DNA of 64,000 nucleotides from a virus: IMG/VR virus record IMGVR_UViG_3300045988_098562, positions 19,484 to 83,483 of that record; one strand, 5' to 3'. Shown piece by piece: positions 58,629 to 64,000 of this stretch (position 1 is its first letter; each line of letters starts with the position of its first letter). The notes under the pieces were generated by a model. It saw only the letters and a program-made list of their open reading frames with translations, ran no database searches and was not told where the DNA came from. The position numbers and the translations under genes were made by a program.

Positions 58629-58806
58629 AATCTTTCGTTTTATTATCTACAAACTTATCTATATCGTCTCTTATTCTTTTTAGCACTCCGGCTATAATTT
58701 CCGGCATCTCTCCTTCGGTACGGTTCAGAGTTTCTATCACCCCATCAATCCTACCAATTTGACGCCATAAGAAATTGGCGTCTTTCGCATTAAATTCCCC
58801 CATCAT
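58615..58806 (-). CDS. hypothetical protein (63 aa)
   Basis: ORF track. Confidence 0.4.
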   Translation of the reverse strand: MMGEFNAKDANFLWRQIGRIDGVIETLNRTEGEMPEIIAGVLKRIRDDIDKFVDNKTKDYENI

Positions 58807-58836
58807 GTCTTATTTTACAGTAAACAACTTGCTTTT

Positions 58837-59042
58837 TTAAGCACCAGTCTTGCGATTCTGAGAGTGAACACCGTTCGGAGTTGTTAAAAAAAATATACAA
58901 TCTTTGCAGAACATAAGAGGATCTTCGTCGTCACCAACTACTTTGACATCATACTCTATGCCATACAATTTTAATCTAAATACATCTCCTGCTTCTTTAG
59001 AAGATAAATCCATGTCTGGACTGAATGTTATTACTTCCATAT
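58837..59042 (-). CDS. hypothetical protein (likely starts at internal Met MEVITFSPDMD, not track start 59097)
   Basis: The 5' extension of the track ORF overlaps the tRNA-like element and has atypical composition. Confidence 0.45.
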
Positions 59043-59060
59043 GATTATGATTTATTGTTT

Positions 59061-59155
59061 GTGAGATTCCTGGAATCGAACCAGAACCGACACACACATG
59101 CCGGCACGCCGCGCCATCCCTCTATGATACAGAAATAGACATGCCTATTCTCACG
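59061..59155 (-). other. tRNA-like 3' fragment (T-arm TCTGG-TTCGATT-CCAGG + acceptor-like AATCTCAC) with nearby direct repeat GAACCGACA(CACACA)TGCC
   Basis: Minus-strand GGTTCGATTCC T-loop signature with 5-bp stem; no convincing D/anticodon arms by eye. Confidence 0.3.
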
Positions 59156-59213
59156 AACCGACATGCCAAAACCCAAAACTTAATTTGATGAATAAAATAG
59201 ATTGACAAAAATA

Positions 59214-59537
59214 CTATTCTAATTCTTTTATAATGTCTTTTACGATATTTAGCCTCACCTCCTTCGTTTCTGGACTAATACAGCCAAACCATCCATATAT
59301 CCTCCATTCTTCTTCTGGTTCTGTAGCCATACTTTTCTTTTCCTCCAATTCCGGGAAATATGTTTTCACCATTTTATCTAAATATAACCCATAAAAGGAT
59401 TCTATTTTTTTAGGAGTACTGAAAAACTTAAATACTATATTTCTCAACATGACGCATATATAATCCCCATTCTCTGACCTTTCGATCTCCTCATATACCT
59501 TTTTCCAAATGAATAATCGCTCTTCTTTTGTAAACAT
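59214..59537 (-). CDS. hypothetical protein (107 aa)
   Basis: ORF track. Confidence 0.5.
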   Translation of the reverse strand: MFTKEERLFIWKKVYEEIERSENGDYICVMLRNIVFKFFSTPKKIESFYGLYLDKMVKTYFPELEEKKSMATEPEEEWRIYGWFGCISPETKEVRLNIVKDIIKELE

Positions 59538-59551
59538 ATCTTTCTTTATTT

Positions 59552-59893
59552 TTATGGTATTATTTGACTGTATGCAGACTTTTCCATGTACACAACACTA
59601 TGTTCCTGTCCAAGTATTTTCTTTGCTGCTTCTTTCTTTATCGCGCAATATCTCCCTGTACGATACGGATTCTTTTGATCTGATCCATCCTCAACTTCGA
59701 TAATAAAACAACCTCCGTCATCTATTATCTTTTTGCAATTGTCACATATTTCCCCCGTGCATATATGATGCGGCGCCTGCCCTTTGATGTTATTCCCTAA
59801 TAAAGCAATCCCCATCTCTTCACCGCATACTATGCATAGTTCTATGGATGGATTCAACCCATGCTCTGGATGCAATACAATACCGTCTTTCAT
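59552..59893 (-). CDS. zinc-finger protein (113 aa; CIVCG...CTGEICDNC)
   Basis: Cys clusters. Confidence 0.5.
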   Translation of the reverse strand: MKDGIVLHPEHGLNPSIELCIVCGEEMGIALLGNNIKGQAPHHICTGEICDNCKKIIDDGGCFIIEVEDGSDQKNPYRTGRYCAIKKEAAKKILGQEHSVVYMEKSAYSQIIP

Positions 59894-60294
59894 GTTCTAT
59901 CCTCCTTTATTAATTCTATTATAAACTTTTTATCTTGTTCCCACAATGGCAGCCCTTCTTTTACTGTGTATGCCACTGTTTCCCTCTCTCCTATTAATCG
60001 CACGGCAATCTCTCTTGCTTTCAAGTCATCCTCCTCATGCGATTTGTTTATTAAATCATAGGCACATGATTCCACCTTTTGCCTTTCGATTATTATCGAA
60101 CCCATTAACTCGCTTATATGCGATCCTAAAAACGATAAGACATTAATAGCTTTCCCAATATCATTTGAAATAGCACTTGCTAAATACATCTTATCCATAT
60201 ACTCCGGCAAAGCCTCGTATGCCGTTTCTATGTTTTTATACTGATTTTCGTTTACCTCCCTTTTAATCAGTTCTTCAAATTCTTCTTTTAACAT
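59890..60294 (-). CDS. hypothetical protein (134 aa), first gene of the long leftward operon
   Basis: ATGA-coupled to downstream gene; upstream is ORF-free. Confidence 0.55.
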   Translation of the reverse strand: MLKEEFEELIKREVNENQYKNIETAYEALPEYMDKMYLASAISNDIGKAINVLSFLGSHISELMGSIIIERQKVESCAYDLINKSHEEDDLKAREIAVRLIGERETVAYTVKEGLPLWEQDKKFIIELIKEDRT

Positions 60295-60311
60295 GTTCTT
60301 CCCTATTTTAA

Positions 60312-60345
60312 TGTTGTGTGAGATCGCCGGAATCGAACCAGCCTA
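60312..60345 (-). other. tRNA-like 3' fragment (T-arm GCTGG-TTCGATT-CCGGC + GATCTCAC) 20 nt upstream of operon start
   Basis: Shares TGTGAGAT..GGAATCGAACCAG with element at 59061; cloverleaf cannot be completed. Confidence 0.3.
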
Positions 60346-61039
60346 CCGCACCATGAATCCCATAAAGCAAATGCTCCGATCTTCGCAGACGGGAGCATTC
60401 TGTCTAAAGCATAAGAAAATTAATGAAGAAATTTTTCTCACTTACGCCATAGCATCTAAAATAGCTATCAGCACTATTTCTATGACAAACATAATAGAAA
60501 ATATCTTAAATGCCTTTTTCATATCGCTATCTCCTCCTTTTTATTTTTTTTAGTTCCACAATAAACTGTTCCGGCTCTGCTCCGACCTACGTTCCACCTA
60601 CAACCGCAGGCCTTAGCCCAAGGCGCCGCCTACTCCCCCTCTATGGCAGCCTGTTCGTACCTACAACACCAGTCTCCATCTATACAACTATTACTACGCG
60701 ATAACAAACATTTATCCTTATAATAATCATAAAAAAATACACCTCTCACAACTGTAATCCCTAATTTCTACACAGCTAACTACCTTAGCATATACTATAC
60801 CATCACTGCCTTCTATTCCTTTCACCCCAAAAATAGAACCTTCTCCCTCCTTACTCAAATCTAAGTCAGGCGCAAAGTCATATACGTTCATACCATCCAT
60901 ATTTTAATTGTTAAACATCCCGCTTAAAAAAAAATACTCACATAATGCAGCCCTCAACCCTTAATCTGTTGGAAGGAACCTATATAATGCTGTTTTAAAC
61001 CCTTATCATATTGAATTTTGTGGAAATGATCTACAGAAC

Positions 61040-61212
61040 ACTGTTTTAAAACGCTTATCTATTGAATTTTGTTGGTAGGGAGTTGAATTTTGTTGATAGG
61101 GGGTTGAATTTTGTTGATAGGGAGTTGAATTTTGTTGATGGGGAGTTGAATTTTGTTGATAGGGAGTTGAATTTTGTTGATAGGGGGTTGAATTTTGTTG
61201 ATAGGGGGTGCC
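61040..61212. repeat. iteron-like tandem array: ~7 copies of 24-bp unit TTGAATTTTGTTGATAGGG(A/G)G plus 2 degenerate upstream copies
   Basis: Read directly; alternating AGGGAG/AGGGGG variants; followed by G/C-rich GGGGGTGCCCTCCCCCTCTCC. Confidence 0.85.
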
Positions 61213-61923
61213 CTCCCCCTCTCCAACTCCCGCTAATCCTCCGGCTTTCCGCATAGAACCCACGCCCTACCGCCTCACTACCGGCATACGGAGAGCGCTA
61301 CAAGCTTATACTCTGGCATGGAGTATGGGGGATTTGGAGATAATATAATTCCATAGAGAGAATAGAGAGCCTTCAGCCCACGCCCTACCGCCTGCTTCTC
61401 CTATCAAGATAGATATTCAAACCTATAATCAAAGCCAATAAAGAAAAGCAAAAGACCATTACAACATTATACTGATCCGGTCCGTACTCCAACATAGAAC
61501 GAATACCAACAGAAATAAAATACAAGTCAGCTACTAATAAAAACCACCACATAAAATAAAAAATTTACAATAAGTGTGTCCGAAAATACGGGTATCATAA
61601 AACCTAACTAATTGATAATCAAGCATACCTTATTTTTAAGAAAAGTACAATAAGCCTAATTTTCAATCCATAGAGATGAAAAAGGCGGCATCCGACACCC
61701 TATTTTGGGTCAGAAAACCGCCTCAAGTTTCGTTTTAAACCAATTTTAACGACATGATATAGACAAAATACCGGCATTATATCCAAACTATCATATTTTA
61801 GTTTCGTTTTAGACCAATATAGCTCACATCCGCCGTTCACTCTCAGAATATCCTACCCGTAAATAGAAAGAGTAGGATACAAAAATAGGGCTGCTCCGAT
61901 ATTCGGAACAACCCTACTCCTGT

Positions 61924-62130
61924 TTAAATACTGTTTATGTTTTCCTTCACGTATGTTCGTGATGTATGGACTTTGCGTTTGCATTTGTCCTTTCCCGTAT
62001 CGGCATGATACGCTTCTTTGAGATCACGATACAACATAAATTCACGATACGCTCTTTTCCGCTTTTCTTTAGCTTCTTTCCTGGACAGACCGCGGACATC
62101 TACCATATAAGATTTAAATTTCCTTTCCAT
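61924..62130 (-). CDS. small basic protein (68 aa)
   Basis: K/R-rich ORF. Confidence 0.4.
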   Translation of the reverse strand: MERKFKSYMVDVRGLSRKEAKEKRKRAYREFMLYRDLKEAYHADTGKDKCKRKVHTSRTYVKENINSI

Positions 62131-62139
62131 TTTCTTTAT

Positions 62140-62313
62140 GCTTTAATTATGATTAACCCCATCTATTAAGTGCTTCAATATAGAAACCTTCCGCCTCTTT
62201 ATACTCATTTTCACTAAGTGTTTCCACCGTCTCGATATAGTTACGCAATGTTATTTTTACGCAACTGTTTTTAGATTTATTGAACGCTTCAATTAAAGCG
62301 TTGATCATTGCTT
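62140..62313 (-). CDS. small hypothetical protein (~57 aa, MEKKAMINALIEAFNKSKNS...), below ORF-track cutoff
   Basis: Manual translation of minus strand; stop-free 57 codons starting ATG. Confidence 0.35.
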
Positions 62314-62346
62314 TCTTTTCCATGCTATTATATTATTTGTAATTTA

Positions 62347-62372
62347 GAGGTTGCTCCGGAATCGAACCGGAC
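62347..62372 (-). other. tRNA-like 3' fragment (perfect T-arm TCCGG-TTCGATT-CCGGA + GCAACCTC)
   Basis: Perfect 5-bp T-stem with TTCGATT loop; partial acceptor pairing GGTTGT/GCAACC gives a structure only ~64 nt long, lacking a D-arm. Confidence 0.25.
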
Positions 62373-62877
62373 ACGCATTCCTACCCTGTACGAATTTTAT
62401 GCTACAACCAACAGCCCGTAATTAGTACGTAGTTCTTGTGTACGGGCCCGTACTATATTGTTATTATATTTTCCGTCTGCTACACTATTTCGCCACACAT
62501 AACGGCATAGTGTCCTTGCGTTTTGATACGGCACGTCCCTACATGGTAGGCTACATGCTTGTACCCTGTAATTTAATCTACAGCCCGATCCTATTTAACG
62601 TGTAGATCAGTAAGACACGTTCCCGAACGGAGACAAACCTCGTACAACGGTATGCTTTCTAAACTATACTCACATACCTAACATAAACCATACCTATTCG
62701 GATGGTTTATGCAGTAATACCAACCCTTTAATTGCCAACGGCAAGGGCAAAGGTATATCTATCCCCAATATGTAAAATAACTCTCTGTTTTGTCGGCTTC
62801 AGTCTAAAGCATACGCGGGACGTGCACCCACCAACAACGGCGTACAAGCGCGTTTAACGGTACGCGCCTAACCTTTT

Positions 62878-63417
62878 TTACTGCTGGTTGCTTTCATGCG
62901 TTAAATACTCACTCACACACTTTGCAATGGTACGGATTGAATAAGATTTAATCTTAACGGCTACATAGGTAGCTTTATACTCATCCGTTTCTTTAACAAG
63001 CCACTTTGCGCTTTTTTTAGTCTCCAACGTTTCAGCGGTTGAAAAACCGAAAGATTTATACTCCCCGCCATAAATCACATTTTCCGCGCACCAGTCGGCC
63101 GTTTTTGCCTCAAATCCTTTCTCCTTGTCTACTTTGTTATCCTTATATACTTTAGAGTATAGAGAAAATTTAACAAAGGTATCACCCACTTTAGGCAACA
63201 TTTGGCTACACACGGCAACCAGCCGTTTTTTGTCCTTTGCGAGTGCTGCAACCTTTACAGCATATTCGGCCGGTATTTCCAGCGTCTTACAAATCGCTTT
63301 CAGGTCAGCATCATTTGCAAATAAGGCATTATACAACTTTACAGCACCCACCAGGTCAGAGGCATTCTCTTTAATAACAGCGTTCTGTAGCTTGTTAACA
63401 TTTTTCTTTGTAATCAT
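62878..63417 (-). CDS. Lys/Ala-rich hypothetical protein (179 aa)
   Basis: ORF track; coherent protein-like sequence. Confidence 0.55.
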   Translation of the reverse strand: MITKKNVNKLQNAVIKENASDLVGAVKLYNALFANDADLKAICKTLEIPAEYAVKVAALAKDKKRLVAVCSQMLPKVGDTFVKFSLYSKVYKDNKVDKEKGFEAKTADWCAENVIYGGEYKSFGFSTAETLETKKSAKWLVKETDEYKATYVAVKIKSYSIRTIAKCVSEYLTHESNQQ

Positions 63418-63902
63418 ATCAATATGTATTTATTTGTTAAACAATATCACCTCAATATATCACCCCTTTACAACGCAAAGAGGCAAAAGGTATCACCATA
63501 CAATACACCCAACGGGAATATATATATAGCTTCATTATGTAACACCAATATTCTCGCTCGAATACGGTGCAAATATACAACCCTTTTCAGTATTACATAT
63601 ATATATGCTATCTTTTTTTTGTTAATTTGTATTAATTTCGATTCTATTATCTGATTATCAGCAAGTTGCAAAACACGCAAGAGCAGTACTATACGCGTAC
63701 ATTAATATGTAGGATATATGTTTATTTAAGTGGCTTATAATCAATATGTTATAATAATACATTGATTATCAATAATTTAAATAAACTGTTGATAATCAGC
63801 GAGTTTATATGTTTGAGGTGAAAACGCGTTTCCGGTTTTCCAGCGAAGGGGGTGTGGGGGAGAAAACGCGTTTCGGGGGCGGGAGGTTCGTGATAGGTAC
63901 CC

Positions 63903-64000
63903 CCTCTCTCTCATCACATAAATATTTTTTCTCATATCTCTCATCACATAAATATTTTTTCTCATATCTCTCATCACATAAATATTTTTTCTCAAATCTC
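63903..64000. repeat. 30-bp direct tandem repeat TCTCTCATCACATAAATATTTTTTCTCATA x3+ at window edge
   Basis: Read directly; last copy runs off the window. Confidence 0.85.

Noticed and set aside
59042-59097. 5' extension of ORF 58837..59097 (MCVGSGSIPGISQTINHNH)
   Set aside because: The extension overlaps the tRNA-like element and has odd composition. The internal Met (MEVITF) is the more plausible start.
61006-61263. ORFs 61006..61263 (-) and 61062..61256 (+) with QQNSTPY / ELNFVDR repeats
   Set aside because: They are pure translations of the 24-bp tandem DNA repeat, which is a multiple of 3. They have no start context, and the region is otherwise noncoding.
59061-62372. Calling the three T-arm-containing elements full tRNA genes
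   Set aside because: I could not find paired 5' acceptor strands, D-arms or 7-nt anticodon loops, and the lengths do not fit 72-90 nt. They are kept only as tRNA-like fragments pending tRNAscan-SE or ARAGORN.
61040-64000. CRISPR array interpretation of the tandem repeats
   Set aside because: The repeats are contiguous with no unique spacers, and the units are too short or irregular. No cas genes are present apart from a Cas4-like nuclease in a replication context.

Overview
This 64 kb window looks like part of a large double-stranded DNA phage genome. Gene overlaps and ATGA junctions are frequent, the sequence is AT-rich, and Shine-Dalgarno sequences are absent before most genes. The lack of Shine-Dalgarno sequences suggests a Bacteroidetes-type host, but that is inference only. 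Positions 1-28500 are a rightward (+) block. It holds four very large ORFs (1007, 2239, 751 and 2137 aa) that resemble virion, internal or ejection proteins. Between them, at 12.6-20.5 kb, sits an accessory island of small genes. The island contains a small HTH protein, an AT-rich T5orf172/GIY-YIG-like gene, an odd Gly/Gln/Cys-rich membrane protein and an RGG-rich low-complexity protein. A perfect 13-bp inverted-repeat terminator at about 28.5 kb marks the switch to a long leftward (-) block that runs from about 63.4 kb down to 28.6 kb. This leftward block carries replication and early genes, many with overlapping starts and stops: a C5 cytosine methyltransferase, an SF2 DEAD/DEAH helicase, a Cas4/RecB-like PD-(D/E)xK exonuclease, a DnaB-like helicase, a primase-like zinc-ribbon protein, an ABC/AAA-type ATPase and dozens of small hypothetical early genes. 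The most unusual content is a tight operon of five genes with overlapping or near-abutting boundaries (41.9-38.5 kb, minus strand). It encodes a Cys-rich small protein, a 237-aa protein, an acyl carrier protein, an NfeD-like membrane protein and a full-length flotillin (SPFH plus an EA-repeat coiled coil). A roughly 520-bp hairpin-rich ORF-free region follows it. At 60.3-64.0 kb the right end is largely ORF-free and repeat-rich. It contains seven iteron-like 24-bp tandem repeats, AAACGCGTTT palindromes, 30-bp terminal tandem repeats and three tRNA-like 3'-half fragments (T-arm GGTTCGATTCC plus acceptor), each placed just upstream of a leftward gene start. No terminase, capsid, portal, polymerase or integrase gene is recognisable in this window.
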